Positions 1 to 12,995 of a DNA stretch of 64,000 nt are shown in pieces; position 1 is the first letter of the stretch; each line of letters opens with the position of its first letter. The stretch is from assembly GCA_902581605.1 (NCBI GenBank), contig CACHPE010000004.1:26901-90900 (forward strand), read 5' to 3'. The notes under the pieces are model-generated. The model was not told the DNA's origin. It did no database searches and worked only from the letters and a program-made list of their open reading frames with translations. The translations under genes and the position numbers were made by a program. The stretch comes from an uncultured Pelagibacteraceae bacterium (GTDB lineage: Bacteria; Pseudomonadota; Alphaproteobacteria; Pelagibacterales; Pelagibacteraceae).

Positions 1-510
1 AAATATTAAAGGTATTATTGAAATTTCATTTTCAATTGATATCCAAGCTAGAACCAAACCATAATTGAAAGTAACACCTAAAAATAATTGTGGCCAATAC
101 GTAATTCTTTTCATTAATGGGTATGTAAAAGCTAGGGGCATGGAAGCTAAAGCCATTAAAATTGTAAAAAAATTAAAATTAATCAAAACTAGAAAAGCTA
201 AACCACAAAGAATTATTGAGTAAATTATTGCTAATTTTATAGAAATTTTTCCTGATGCTATTGGCCTGTATTTAGTTCTTTCAACCTCTTTATCAAAATT
301 TTTATCAGCAATATCATTTACTATACATCCTGCAGAACGCATTAGAATTGAACCAGAAAAAAAAAGAAATGTATAATAATAAAATATTTTTAAATCTGAA
401 TTTAAATCATAAGCAATTGTAAGACCCCAGATACAGGGCCAGAATAACAACATAAATCCAATTGGTTTTTTTAACCTTGTTAATTCAATAAATAGTTTTA
501 CTTGGTTCAT
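1..510 (-). CDS. ubiA: 4-hydroxybenzoate polyprenyltransferase (runs off window edge)
   Basis: Manual translation from ATG at 510 gives MNQVKLFIELTRLKKPIGFMLLFWPCIWG...MRSAGCIVNDIADKNFDKEVERTKYRPIASG, the UbiA Asp-rich motif; not in the ORF track. Confidence 0.9.
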   Translation of the reverse strand, partial: MNQVKLFIELTRLKKPIGFMLLFWPCIWGLTIAYDLNSDLKIFYYYTFLFFSGSILMRSAGCIVNDIADKNFDKEVERTKYRPIASGKISIKLAIIYSIILCGLAFLVLINFNFFTILMALASMPLAFTYPLMKRITYWPQLFLGVTFNYGLVLAWISIENEISIIPLIF

Positions 511-562
511 GATATTTTACTTGTAAATAACAAAGGCTAGTTTCATAATCAAACTGATTCGT

Positions 563-967
563 ATGAATATAGATTACACAGTCACAGCATTAATGTTTCC
601 TGCAATTCCATTAATGATGGCTGTTTATAGCAATAGATTTCACTCTTTAAGTATTTTGGTTCGACAGCTTCATGATGAGCATGTTTATGAGAAACATATT
701 CCTCCTGAATGGAAAAAACAGTTTATAAATTTGAGTGGAAGAATAACACTTTTAAGATGGACAATACTTTTCGCATCATTTGGATTTTTATTTAATATGT
801 TGACTGTATTTGCTTTGTATTTGGATGAGGTTTTTTTAGCTCGAGTAATTTTTGGATCTTGCTGCCTTTCGATGATTATATCTATTATTTTTTTTATTAG
901 AGAGATTCAAATCTCTACTAACGCCCTTAAGTTGCATATGTCAGATATGGATGTTGATGTTAATTAG
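563..967 (+). CDS. DUF2721-like small membrane protein
   Basis: 134 aa, three hydrophobic segments, PAIPLMMAVYSNRF N-terminal motif. Confidence 0.6.
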   Translation: MNIDYTVTALMFPAIPLMMAVYSNRFHSLSILVRQLHDEHVYEKHIPPEWKKQFINLSGRITLLRWTILFASFGFLFNMLTVFALYLDEVFLARVIFGSCCLSMIISIIFFIREIQISTNALKLHMSDMDVDVN

Positions 968-1934
968 GAACTATTACAGCAGGGCCTAAAATTTTTCTTC
1001 CTTCAAGATCTTGATGGGCTTGAACGACTTCTTCCAATTTATATTTTTTAAAAATTTTAATTTTAACCTTACCAGAGCTAATTTTTTCAAACATTGTTTT
1101 TGAGGCTTCATCTAGCTCTTTTCTAGTTGATAGGTATTGCTGCATTGATGGTCTTACAAGATAAAGACCTTTAGGTTGAATAACTTTTGGCACATTGATA
1201 TCCGACAATGGTCCAGATGCATTTCCAAAAGAAACCATCATTCCTCTAATAGCTAAACATTCAATAGATCCATCTAGTGTATCTTTACCCACACCATCAT
1301 AAACAACTGGGACACCCTTACCGTCAGTAATCTCTAAAACTTTTTTTGCAAAATTTTCTTTATTATAATTTATAACATGATCATAACCATTTTCTTTTGC
1401 TATATTTACTTTTTCATCTGATCCAACTGTGCCTATAACAGTACATCCTAAACTTTTTGCCCATTGTCCAAAAATTTGACCAACACCACCAGCAGCTGCA
1501 TGAAATAAAATTGTTTCACCTGATTTAACTGGATAAGTTTTATGTAAAAGATAAAAAGTTGTTAAACCTTTTGTCATTAATGTTGCAGCTATTTCTAGAT
1601 CAATACCATCTGGTACTTTAACTAAATTCTTAGTTGGATAGTTTCTGTGTGAACTATATGAACCTAAAGGAATACCTGCGTAAGAAATTTTGTCACCAAC
1701 TTTGAAATCTTTAACGTTCTCTCCAACATCAGTAATAATTCCAGAGCCTTCTAATCCTAGACCAATCGGCAGTTTTAAAGGGTATAAACCTGATCTATGG
1801 TAAGTATCAATGTAGTTAAGACCAATTGCTTTTTGTTCAATGGTTACTTGATCAGGACCCGGTTTGTCTAAAGATATATCTTTAACTTCTAAAACTTCAG
1901 GTCTACCAGTTTTATTGATTTGTACAGCTTTCAT
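960..1934 (-). CDS. qor: NADPH:quinone oxidoreductase (zeta-crystallin family)
   Basis: GLNYIDTYHRSGLY, HAAAGGVG, VVYDGVGKDT motifs. Confidence 0.9.
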   Translation of the reverse strand: MKAVQINKTGRPEVLEVKDISLDKPGPDQVTIEQKAIGLNYIDTYHRSGLYPLKLPIGLGLEGSGIITDVGENVKDFKVGDKISYAGIPLGSYSSHRNYPTKNLVKVPDGIDLEIAATLMTKGLTTFYLLHKTYPVKSGETILFHAAAGGVGQIFGQWAKSLGCTVIGTVGSDEKVNIAKENGYDHVINYNKENFAKKVLEITDGKGVPVVYDGVGKDTLDGSIECLAIRGMMVSFGNASGPLSDINVPKVIQPKGLYLVRPSMQQYLSTRKELDEASKTMFEKISSGKVKIKIFKKYKLEEVVQAHQDLEGRKILGPAVIVPN

Positions 1935-1937
1935 AAT

Positions 1938-2774
1938 TTATTTTACAAACGTACCATTATGATAATCTTGAACTGCTTGCAAGATTTCTGCTTTTGTATT
2001 CATCACAAATGGTCCACCTCTAGCAATTTCCTCATTTATTGGTTTACCCGAAATCACTAAAAACTTAGCATTTGATTTTGCTTTAACACTTAAATTTTCA
2101 CCTTTAGTTAATAATATTAAAGTACTATCTATAACTTGATCGTGTTTATCTTTTCCAATTTCAATTTCACCACTAATTAAATAAACAAAAGTATTGTGGG
2201 TAGATGGTAATTTAAAATTAAATTCTTTACTTATGTTGAGTTCAACATCAAAATAAACTGGTTCAACGTTATGACCTTTTACTGGTCCTTCAGCATTCTC
2301 GAATTTACCGGCAATAACTTTTACTTGTTTTTCATTATCTTTATAAACATTCATTTTATCAGCATCAATATAAAGGTATTCAGGCTTACTCATTTTTAAT
2401 TTAGCAGGCATGTTAATCCATAATTGAAAACCATGAAGTCTTCCTTCTTTCATAGCAGGCATTTCTGAATGAATGATCCCACTTCCTGTCTTCATCCATT
2501 GAACATCTCCCGCAGTCATTCTACCTTCACCACCTGTGCTATCTTTATGCTCAAAATCTCCAGCTAACATATAAGTCACTGTTTCAATTCCTCTATGAGG
2601 GTGGGGTGGGAAACCTGCAATATAATCCTCACTATTTTCTGATCCAAATTCATCAAGCATTAAGAAAGGATCAAAATAATTTGGCTCAACACCAATGCTT
2701 CTTTTTAATTTTACTCCAGCACCGTCAGAAGCTGGAATAGGATCAATAATTTTACTTACTTCAATATTTTTCAT
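1938..2774 (-). CDS. Pirin family protein
   Basis: DPFLMLDEF, HPHRGIETVTY, WMKTGSGIIHSE motifs. Confidence 0.92.
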   Translation of the reverse strand: MKNIEVSKIIDPIPASDGAGVKLKRSIGVEPNYFDPFLMLDEFGSENSEDYIAGFPPHPHRGIETVTYMLAGDFEHKDSTGGEGRMTAGDVQWMKTGSGIIHSEMPAMKEGRLHGFQLWINMPAKLKMSKPEYLYIDADKMNVYKDNEKQVKVIAGKFENAEGPVKGHNVEPVYFDVELNISKEFNFKLPSTHNTFVYLISGEIEIGKDKHDQVIDSTLILLTKGENLSVKAKSNAKFLVISGKPINEEIARGGPFVMNTKAEILQAVQDYHNGTFVK

Positions 2775-2794
2775 AATTCATACATAAGAATTTT

Positions 2795-3457
2795 TTATAT
2801 TATATCAAGTAACTTACTAAGGTCCTCGATTTGATGTTTTGGCAAATAATCTAGATTGTCAAAAGTATTACTATTTCTATTAACCCAAATAGAATTATAA
2901 CCATAATTTCCACCACCAGATACATCCCAAGTATTTGCACTTAAAAAAGTAATTTCATTTCTTTGAATTTGATATTTCTTAACTGGAATATCGTAAACTT
3001 TAGAGTCTGGTTTATAAACTCCAACTTCCTCAATTGAAAAAATATCATCAAATATATTTTCTAAATTATTGCTCTTAACCAATTCATTAAGAAGGGCAGG
3101 TGTACCATTTGAAAGAATAGCAAGTTTAAAATTTTTTTCTTTTAATGATTTTAAAACTTCAGGAACTTCTTTAAAGGTCGATAGAATTTTATAAAGATCT
3201 AATAACTCATTTCTCATAGAAGAATTTATCTCATAAGTTTTCATAGATTTATCTAAACTTTCTTCTGTCACTTGCCAAAAATCCTTATGACGTTTCATTA
3301 AACTTCTAAGCCAAGTATATTCTAATTGTGTGGTTCTCCAATAATTGGCGAAACCTTCCCACTTATCACCTATTTTATCTTTACATTTTTCAGCAGCTGA
3401 ATTCACATCAAATAAGGTACCGTAAGCATCAAAAATTATTGCTTTAATATTTTTCAT
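2795..3457 (-). CDS. Haloacid dehalogenase type II
   Basis: FDAYGTLFD, WRTTQLEY, ILSNG, YKPD, SANTWD motifs. Confidence 0.9.
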   Translation of the reverse strand: MKNIKAIIFDAYGTLFDVNSAAEKCKDKIGDKWEGFANYWRTTQLEYTWLRSLMKRHKDFWQVTEESLDKSMKTYEINSSMRNELLDLYKILSTFKEVPEVLKSLKEKNFKLAILSNGTPALLNELVKSNNLENIFDDIFSIEEVGVYKPDSKVYDIPVKKYQIQRNEITFLSANTWDVSGGGNYGYNSIWVNRNSNTFDNLDYLPKHQIEDLSKLLDII

Positions 3458-3473
3458 AAACTAACTTATCTAT

Positions 3474-4172
3474 ATGAGTAACATTAGATTATTTTATTCA
3501 AAAAGTTTATCTCTTAATTTGATTGACAAACTTGATAAATCTCAATCACACTATGTTGTAAAAGTCATGAGACTTAAAGAGAAAGAAGTTTTCTCTCTCT
3601 TTAATAGTACTGGCGAATGGGAAGTGAAAATCTTAAATATCACAAAAAACATAGTTGAATTTAATGTTACGAAACAATTAAGACAGAAAGAAAATAACAA
3701 AGATCTCTGGCTGGCATTCTCTCCAATTAAATCAAATTACTTTAATTTTATGATCCAAAAAGCTACAGAGCTAGGTGTAACTAAGTTTTTACCAATTATC
3801 TTTGAAAGAACGATTGTTAGAAAGGTTAATAAAGAGAGATTGGAAAAAGTAATCATAGAAGCAGCTGAACAGTCAAATAGAATAATGGTTCCATCAATTG
3901 CGGATCCTCAAAAATTAAAAAGCTTTCTAAGTAATGATATGGATTTAATCTTTACTGATCTCAATACTGCTAATACAAAAATTGATCTTACAAAGTTAAC
4001 AAATAAACCTACTTGCGTAATCATAGGGCCTGAAGGAGATTTTTCTGAGCAGGAGAGAGAAGAGATTCTCAAATTTAATGGTGTTCAGTCTGTTAAAATC
4101 AATGAAAACATCTTGAGATCTGAAACGGCTGTAATTTCTGCTTTATCGATCATAAATTACGCCATTAATTGA
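3474..4172 (+). CDS. rsmE: 16S rRNA m3U1498 methyltransferase
   Basis: KATELGV, EAAEQS, IGPEGDFS, ILRSETA motifs. Confidence 0.93.
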   Translation: MSNIRLFYSKSLSLNLIDKLDKSQSHYVVKVMRLKEKEVFSLFNSTGEWEVKILNITKNIVEFNVTKQLRQKENNKDLWLAFSPIKSNYFNFMIQKATELGVTKFLPIIFERTIVRKVNKERLEKVIIEAAEQSNRIMVPSIADPQKLKSFLSNDMDLIFTDLNTANTKIDLTKLTNKPTCVIIGPEGDFSEQEREEILKFNGVQSVKINENILRSETAVISALSIINYAIN

Positions 4173-4233
4173 TATTTTGTCGCTAAAAGTAAAAGTGTAT
4201 TTTTTTAAAAGACACTCTATATAGGGTAAAAAA

Positions 4234-6685
<2,452 letters not shown>

Positions 6686-6718
6686 ATATAGCTAACAAGA
6701 TTTTTCAATTTTAAATTA

Positions 6719-7630
6719 ATGATTAAGTCTAAATTAAAAAATAGAAACTTATCTCAAGAAGACGCCTTTAATTTATCTGAATTATTTAAATTAATGAAAC
6801 CAAGAGTAATGTCTTTGGTTATCTTTACATGTGCAGTTGGATTGTTGATGGCTCCAAATATAATTCCAACAAAAGATGCAATCATTGGAATAATTTTAGT
6901 TTCAATTGGAGCAGGAGCAGCTGGGGCTTTAAATATGTGGTACGAGTCAGATTTAGATGCTCTTATGACAAGAACTTGTTTGAGACCAATTCCGACAGGC
7001 AAGGTAAATAGAAATCAAGCACTAGTATTTGGAATTTCTCTTTCGATTTTTTCTGTAATTGCGCTTGATTATTATTCTAACAGAATATCAGCTAGTTTGT
7101 TACTTTTTACTATTTTGTTTTATGTGTTTGTTTATACAATTTGGTTAAAAAGAAAAACTCCACAAAATATAGTGATAGGAGGAGCTGCAGGAGCATTACC
7201 CCCAGTGATTGGTTGGACTATAGCTACTAATTCTTTAACTTTTGAGCCAATTACATTCTTTTTGATTATATTTTTTTGGACGCCTTCACATTTTTGGGCT
7301 TTAAGTTTGTATAAATCAGATGATTACAAAAAAGCGAAAATTCCAATGCTTCCACTAACAAACGGTGTTGAGAGTACAAAATTAAATATATTTGTCTATT
7401 CTTTAACAATGTTACCAGTGATTGTTTTACCTTATGCAATTGGCTTTGTAGGTATAACTTTTTTAATCCCATCTTTAATTTTGACAATTTATTATAATTA
7501 TTTATGTTTCGACCTTTATAAATTTAAAAAAAATAAATTTGATGCAAAAAAAGCAAAATCTATTTTTGGATATTCAATTTTGTATTTATTTTTAATTTTT
7601 GTTCTTTTTTTAATTGATAAAATTTTATGA
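6719..7630 (+). CDS. cyoE: Heme o synthase (protoheme IX farnesyltransferase)
   Basis: LMKPRVMSL, DLDALMTRTCLRPIP, QNIVIGGAAGALPP, WTPSHFWAL motifs. Confidence 0.95.
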   Translation: MIKSKLKNRNLSQEDAFNLSELFKLMKPRVMSLVIFTCAVGLLMAPNIIPTKDAIIGIILVSIGAGAAGALNMWYESDLDALMTRTCLRPIPTGKVNRNQALVFGISLSIFSVIALDYYSNRISASLLLFTILFYVFVYTIWLKRKTPQNIVIGGAAGALPPVIGWTIATNSLTFEPITFFLIIFFWTPSHFWALSLYKSDDYKKAKIPMLPLTNGVESTKLNIFVYSLTMLPVIVLPYAIGFVGITFLIPSLILTIYYNYLCFDLYKFKKNKFDAKKAKSIFGYSILYLFLIFVLFLIDKIL

Positions 7631-7752
7631 TAACACCTGACAAAAAAACAAAGAAAAAAAATATTATAACTGCAATAGCAATTTTAGCATTTATGGTATT
7701 TTTATTTGTTTTTACTTTATACAATGTAGGAGTATTTGATAGACAGATATGA
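7627..7752 (+). CDS. Small single-TM protein in cox operon (CoxF-like position)
   Basis: Manual translation MITPDKKTKKKNIITAIAILAFMVFLFVFTLYNVGVFDRQI (41 aa); ATGA overlaps with both the cyoE stop and the ctaG start. Confidence 0.75.
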   Translation: MITPDKKTKKKNIITAIAILAFMVFLFVFTLYNVGVFDRQI

Positions 7753-8282
7753 TTAAAGGCAAAACATTAACTCCTTTACTTTTAGCTGGGATTTTTGTCC
7801 TTATGTTGGGATTGTCTTTTGCAGCAGTACCTTTGTATGATTTGTTTTGTAGAGTTACAGGCTTTGGTGGAACAACGCAGGTATCTAAAGAAGCTCCTAA
7901 AATAGTATTAGATAAGGTTGTTAGTGTTAGGTTTGATACAAATGTAAACAATCTTGAATGGAATTTTAAAGCAAAATCAAACGTGATTGATGTAAAGGTT
8001 GGCCAGGTCAACAGAATAGAATTTGAAGTTGAGAACTTAGGAAACGAAACGACTTATGGTGTTGCTAGTTTTAACGTGTCACCTGCAAGTTTTGGTAAAT
8101 ATTATAGTAAATTAGGATGTTTTTGTTTTGAAAAACAAGAGTTGAAGGCAGGAGAGAAGGCAACTTACGTAATGACTTTCTATTTAGACCCTGACCTTGT
8201 GAACGATCCAACTACAAAAAATCTACAAGATGTAACTATGTCGTACACTTTTTTCTCGACAGATTACTATAAACAATCATAA
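7749..8282 (+). CDS. ctaG: Cytochrome c oxidase assembly protein CtaG/Cox11
   Basis: AVPLYDLFCRVTGFGGT and CFCF copper motif. Confidence 0.95.
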   Translation: MIKGKTLTPLLLAGIFVLMLGLSFAAVPLYDLFCRVTGFGGTTQVSKEAPKIVLDKVVSVRFDTNVNNLEWNFKAKSNVIDVKVGQVNRIEFEVENLGNETTYGVASFNVSPASFGKYYSKLGCFCFEKQELKAGEKATYVMTFYLDPDLVNDPTTKNLQDVTMSYTFFSTDYYKQS

Positions 8283-8291
8283 TCACGAAAA

Positions 8292-9080
8292 ATGTCAGCA
8301 GAGAAAAAACACGATTACCACTTAGTTGATCCAAGCCCTTGGCCAATCTATACATCTTTTGCATGCTTAGTATTAGCAATAGGTGCAATATTTTATATGC
8401 ATAACGGTATTTCCTGGGGAATGTATCTTGGTTTAGCATTATTAATTTATGGTGCGTATATGTGGTTTAGAGATGTAGTAATCGAAGCTGAGCATCAAGG
8501 TCATCATACTCCAGTTGTTCAAATTCATCATAGATATGGAATGACTTTATTTATTGCTTCAGAGGTAATGTTCTTTGTTGCATGGTTTTGGGCTTACTTT
8601 GATATAAGTTTGTTTCCAAACGAATTTGTTGGAAATGTATGGCCACCAAAAGATATTGAAACATTTGATCCTTGGGATATTCCTTTGATAAATACTTTAG
8701 TTTTATTGTTATCAGGAACAACTGTCACTTGGGCCCATCACTCTTTATTAGAAGATGATAGAAAAGGATTTATTCAAGGGTTAACTTTAACAGTAATCCT
8801 TGGTTTCTTTTTTACATTATTGCAAGCATACGAATACCATCACGCTACTTTTACTTACTCAGGCCATATTTATGGAGCTGTATTTTATATGGCAACAGGT
8901 TTTCATGGTTTTCACGTTATAATTGGAACGATATTTTTAGCAGTATGTTTGTGGAGAGGAAGACTTGGACATTTTACTAAAGATCATCATTTTGGATTTG
9001 AAGCGGCTGCATGGTACTGGCATTTTGTTGACGTAGTGTGGCTCTTCTTATTTGCTGCAATATATATTTGGGGAAGTTAA
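8292..9080 (+). CDS. coxC: Cytochrome c oxidase subunit III
   Basis: HLVDPSPWP, ATGFHGFHV, WYWHFVDVVW motifs. Confidence 0.97.
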   Translation: MSAEKKHDYHLVDPSPWPIYTSFACLVLAIGAIFYMHNGISWGMYLGLALLIYGAYMWFRDVVIEAEHQGHHTPVVQIHHRYGMTLFIASEVMFFVAWFWAYFDISLFPNEFVGNVWPPKDIETFDPWDIPLINTLVLLLSGTTVTWAHHSLLEDDRKGFIQGLTLTVILGFFFTLLQAYEYHHATFTYSGHIYGAVFYMATGFHGFHVIIGTIFLAVCLWRGRLGHFTKDHHFGFEAAAWYWHFVDVVWLFLFAAIYIWGS

Positions 9081-9089
9081 TATTTATCC

Positions 9090-9743
9090 TTGAAGAATAA
9101 ATTTCTATTTTCAGTATTTGTTTATTTTATTATTTTAACTCTTCTCTCTCTAGGGTTTTGGCAAATTTATAGATTAAATTGGAAATTAGAATTAATTGAG
9201 CAAATAGAATATTCTCTAAAAAACGACCCGGTGGAATTATCCAACATTGAAAAAAAAAACTATCTTAGAATAAAGACAAGTGGAGTTATTGATTTTGATA
9301 AACAAATTTACTTATACAATTTAAATGATTCAGGGAAACCTGGATTTGAGGTAATTAATCCAATAAAAATTGGTGATGAAAATTACTTAGTGAATAGGGG
9401 ATGGATACCTTTTGAAAAAAAAGACCTACCTGAAATAAATTTAGTTGATCAAAATCAATTAGTCGGCACTCTTATGCTTCAAACTAAACCAAGCACATTC
9501 AAGCCCGAAAATGATATTGAAAAAAATTATTGGTTTACTCTGAATAGAGAAGATATTTTAAAATTTACTGGTAGAAATTTTTCAGAGTATGTCATTTATT
9601 TAAACGGTGATTATAAAATTCCAAAACCAAGAGTGATTACTGCTAAAATTTCAAATAATCATAAGAAGTATGCAATTACTTGGTTTTCTATGGCGATTTC
9701 AATTCTTTTAATATATTTATATTTTAGGAAAAAAAATTATTAA
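9090..9743 (+). CDS. SURF1 family oxidase assembly protein
   Basis: LGFWQIYRLNWK, LVNRGWIP, NNHKKYAITWF motifs; TTG start. Confidence 0.92.
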   Translation: MKNKFLFSVFVYFIILTLLSLGFWQIYRLNWKLELIEQIEYSLKNDPVELSNIEKKNYLRIKTSGVIDFDKQIYLYNLNDSGKPGFEVINPIKIGDENYLVNRGWIPFEKKDLPEINLVDQNQLVGTLMLQTKPSTFKPENDIEKNYWFTLNREDILKFTGRNFSEYVIYLNGDYKIPKPRVITAKISNNHKKYAITWFSMAISILLIYLYFRKKNY

Positions 9744-11126
9744 ATGAGATACGTAAGTACAAGAGACACATCAAAAACCTTTGAATTTAAAGATGTTTTC
9801 ATTAAAGGTCTTGCCGATGATGGAGGTTTATTTATTCCAGAAGCATTAGTGAAATATGGGGAAAATGAAATTAGAGATTTAAAAAAACTTAGTTATTCAG
9901 AGTTAGCAAAAAAAATTGTTTATCCATTTATTGGTAATTTTATGCCTGAATCTGAAATGAGTAAAATTATTGATAAATCTTACTCCACATTTAGAAAAGA
10001 CAACGTTGTAGATTTCATGAAGATTGGAGACAAAACAATATTAGAATTATTTCATGGTCCTACATTAGCTTTTAAAGATGTTGCTATGCAACTTTTAGGT
10101 AACTTTTACGAATATTACCTAAACAATGAAAATCAAAAAATTAATATTGTTGTTGCCACATCTGGAGACACTGGTGCTGCAGCAATTGATGCAATTAAAG
10201 GTAAAAAAAATGTTAATATTTTTGTGCTTCATCCAGACAATCGTGTTTCACCAGTACAAAGAAAATTAATGACAACAGGTAAATATGAAAATGTATTTAA
10301 TATAGCTATAAAGGGAAATTTTGATGATTGCCAAAACCTGGTTAAATCTATGTTTGCAGATAAGCAATTTTCAAATGATATCAAAATGTCAGGGGTTAAC
10401 TCTATTAATTGGGCGAGGATTATTGCTCAAAGTGTTTATTATTTTTATAGTTATTCATTGGTTGAAAATACAGGTGAACCAACAAATTTTTCAGTACCAA
10501 CAGGAAATTTTGGAGATGTTTATGCTGGATATTTAGCTAAAAAAATGGGCTTGCCTATTAATAAATTAATTGTTGCAACCAATCGAAACGACATTTTACA
10601 TAGAGCAATATCAAAAGGTAGTTATGAAGCAGAAAAGGTTTCAGAAACTATTTCTCCTAGTATGGATATTCAAATAGCTAGTAATTTTGAGAGACTTATA
10701 TTCGACCTTAATAATGAGGATGATAAACAGACTTCATTAGACATGAAAAATATTAAAGAGAATGGAAAATATTTAATTGGTGATGATAAATTAAATAAAA
10801 TTAGAGAAAATTTTTTATCCGCTAGTCTGAATGAGAGTGAGACTTTGGATGTTATTAAAAAGGTGTATGAAAAATTTTCTGTAGTTTTAGATCCACATAC
10901 AGCAATTGGATATGGTGCTTTCGACAAACATAACTTAAAAGGAAATAATATTGTACTAGCAACTGCTCATCCATGTAAATTTCCTGACGCTGTTTCCAAA
11001 GCTATTAATTTAAAATCTGATTTACCAAAACAACTCGAATTTATTTTGAATGAAAAAGAAGATTATGATATAGTAGAAAACAATTTAGAAAAAATTAAAA
11101 ACCATATTTTAGGTAAAATAAAATGA
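9744..11126 (+). CDS. thrC: Threonine synthase
   Basis: YVSTR, ELFHGPTLAFKD, ATSGDTG, NSINWARI, VPTGNFG motifs. Confidence 0.96.
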   Translation: MRYVSTRDTSKTFEFKDVFIKGLADDGGLFIPEALVKYGENEIRDLKKLSYSELAKKIVYPFIGNFMPESEMSKIIDKSYSTFRKDNVVDFMKIGDKTILELFHGPTLAFKDVAMQLLGNFYEYYLNNENQKINIVVATSGDTGAAAIDAIKGKKNVNIFVLHPDNRVSPVQRKLMTTGKYENVFNIAIKGNFDDCQNLVKSMFADKQFSNDIKMSGVNSINWARIIAQSVYYFYSYSLVENTGEPTNFSVPTGNFGDVYAGYLAKKMGLPINKLIVATNRNDILHRAISKGSYEAEKVSETISPSMDIQIASNFERLIFDLNNEDDKQTSLDMKNIKENGKYLIGDDKLNKIRENFLSASLNESETLDVIKKVYEKFSVVLDPHTAIGYGAFDKHNLKGNNIVLATAHPCKFPDAVSKAINLKSDLPKQLEFILNEKEDYDIVENNLEKIKNHILGKIK

Positions 11127-11611
11127 GGATTAAAGAAGGGGAACAACTTCCAAATTCAGAATTTTATTATTTAGACTCAAGTGGAACAGCAAAAAAAATA
11201 ACTACATCAGAAGTTTTTAAAAATCATAAGACAATTGTGATTGGTGTTCCTGGAGCATTTACAAAAGTTTGTTCCGCAAAACATCTTCCAGGTTATGTTA
11301 ATAATTACGAGGAAGCAAAGAATAAAGGGGTTACAAAAATTATTTGTGTTTCAGTTAATGATCCAAATGTGATGAAAGCATGGGGTGATAGTCAAAAAGT
11401 TGAAGATAAAATATTTATGGCTGCAGACCCATATTGTGAATTTACTAAATCAATTGGAGCAGAAATAGATAGACACGATCGGGGTCAGGGAATGAGGTCA
11501 GCAAGATATACAATGTTAATTGATGACAATGTTGTAAAGAAAATACATGCAGAAGAAGATACTGCCACTTGTGAAATTTCAGCAGCTCAAAATTTTTTAA
11601 AATTAATCTAA
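11123..11611 (+). CDS. Peroxiredoxin (Prx5/type II)
   Basis: VPGAFTKVCSAKHLPGY, SVNDPNVMKAW, RSARY motifs. Confidence 0.9.
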   Translation: MRIKEGEQLPNSEFYYLDSSGTAKKITTSEVFKNHKTIVIGVPGAFTKVCSAKHLPGYVNNYEEAKNKGVTKIICVSVNDPNVMKAWGDSQKVEDKIFMAADPYCEFTKSIGAEIDRHDRGQGMRSARYTMLIDDNVVKKIHAEEDTATCEISAAQNFLKLI

Positions 11612-12028
11612 ATTTGCTGCTTTTTTAGCTAGTGAGTCCACCTCTTCATTTAAAGGGTCTCCATCATGAGCTTTAACCCAATTCCATTGAATACTAAGCG
11701 ATTTATTTAAATTATATAGATCAATCCATAAATCTTTATTTTTAACATCTTCTTTTTTTGAGGTTTTCCAATTATTAACTAACCAAGTATTAATCCATTC
11801 AGTTATTCCGTTTTTTACATATTGAGAGTCAGTATATATTTTTATTTCAACACCAGGCTTCATATCTTTCAATGCATTAATTGGGGCTAACAACTCCATT
11901 CTATTATTTGTTGTATTTTTTTCGTTTCCACTAATTTTTTTTATTTCTTTTCCATCATTTATAATTGCAGCCCACCCACCATTGCCTGGATTTGTTAAAC
12001 AAGAGCCATCTGTATAAATTGTAATCAT
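11603..12028 (-). CDS. rnhA: Ribonuclease HI
   Basis: YTDGSCLTNPGNGGW, TTNNRMEL, TDSQYV, WVKAH motifs. Confidence 0.96.
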   Translation of the reverse strand: MITIYTDGSCLTNPGNGGWAAIINDGKEIKKISGNEKNTTNNRMELLAPINALKDMKPGVEIKIYTDSQYVKNGITEWINTWLVNNWKTSKKEDVKNKDLWIDLYNLNKSLSIQWNWVKAHDGDPLNEEVDSLAKKAANLD

Positions 12029-12993
12029 TAATTTAAATAATCTTTAAATGAACTTAAATTATTGTGAGAAAGTAATTTTTGATAATATTCATTAGGGTCT
12101 TTAATTTTAATCAATGCTGTTTTTGGTGTATTTGAGTAGTCATACAATCTTGTTAATAAATATCTTAATGCTGCACCTCTACACAAAATATTTATAGATT
12201 TTTTTTCTTTCATTGAAATTTTTTTAACGCTTTCATACCCTTTGACTAAATTTTTAATTTTTTTGTTATTTAAATGGAATTTTCTCTTTTTATGATCAAA
12301 ACAAAGAGCATTGATGCATATAGCAATTTCATACATAAAATAATCTTTAGCAGCAAAGTAGAAATCAATAATCCCAGAAAGTTTATTTTTTTTGAAGAAG
12401 ATATTATCTATAAATAAGTCACCATGGATAATACCTTTGGGCAATTTCTTAGGCCAATTCTTATTAATATCTTTTAGGTTATTGTTTAAAAATAATTTTA
12501 AATTTGAAAACTTTTTTGACTTAAATTTAATACTTTCCAACAAAGGTTTTAAATTCTTAATACCCATCGAATTTTTTCTATTAAGCTTCATTGTATTTGT
12601 GACCACATGCATTCGAGCAATAGTTTTACCAACTGTATAACAATCATTTATATTTAATGTTTTTTTATCTTTACCTTCTAAGAATGATACAATACATGCA
12701 GTTTTATTTTTTAATTTAATAAGATATTTATTATTTCTAGTTTTCAGAGGCTTAGGACAATTTATTTTTGAATTATTTAGATTATCCATCAATTTCATAA
12801 AAAAAGGTATTTCTTTTTGTAAAACTCTTTTTTCAAATATAGTTAAAATATATTTTTTCTTTTTTGATTTAAGAAGATAGTTTGTGTTTTCTATTCCTTG
12901 CTTGATACCTTTAAAACTAATTACTTTATTTATATTAAAATTTTTATTAATAATATTAATTTCTTTTTGATTTATTTTTGTATAGACAGCCAT
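12028..12993 (-). CDS. thrB: Homoserine kinase (APH type)
   Basis: MAVYT, GIENTNY, IHGDLFIDN, LRYLLTRLYD motifs; ispH-thrB-rnhA order. Confidence 0.93.
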   Translation of the reverse strand: MAVYTKINQKEINIINKNFNINKVISFKGIKQGIENTNYLLKSKKKKYILTIFEKRVLQKEIPFFMKLMDNLNNSKINCPKPLKTRNNKYLIKLKNKTACIVSFLEGKDKKTLNINDCYTVGKTIARMHVVTNTMKLNRKNSMGIKNLKPLLESIKFKSKKFSNLKLFLNNNLKDINKNWPKKLPKGIIHGDLFIDNIFFKKNKLSGIIDFYFAAKDYFMYEIAICINALCFDHKKRKFHLNNKKIKNLVKGYESVKKISMKEKKSINILCRGAALRYLLTRLYDYSNTPKTALIKIKDPNEYYQKLLSHNNLSSFKDYLN

Positions 12994-12995
12994 TT

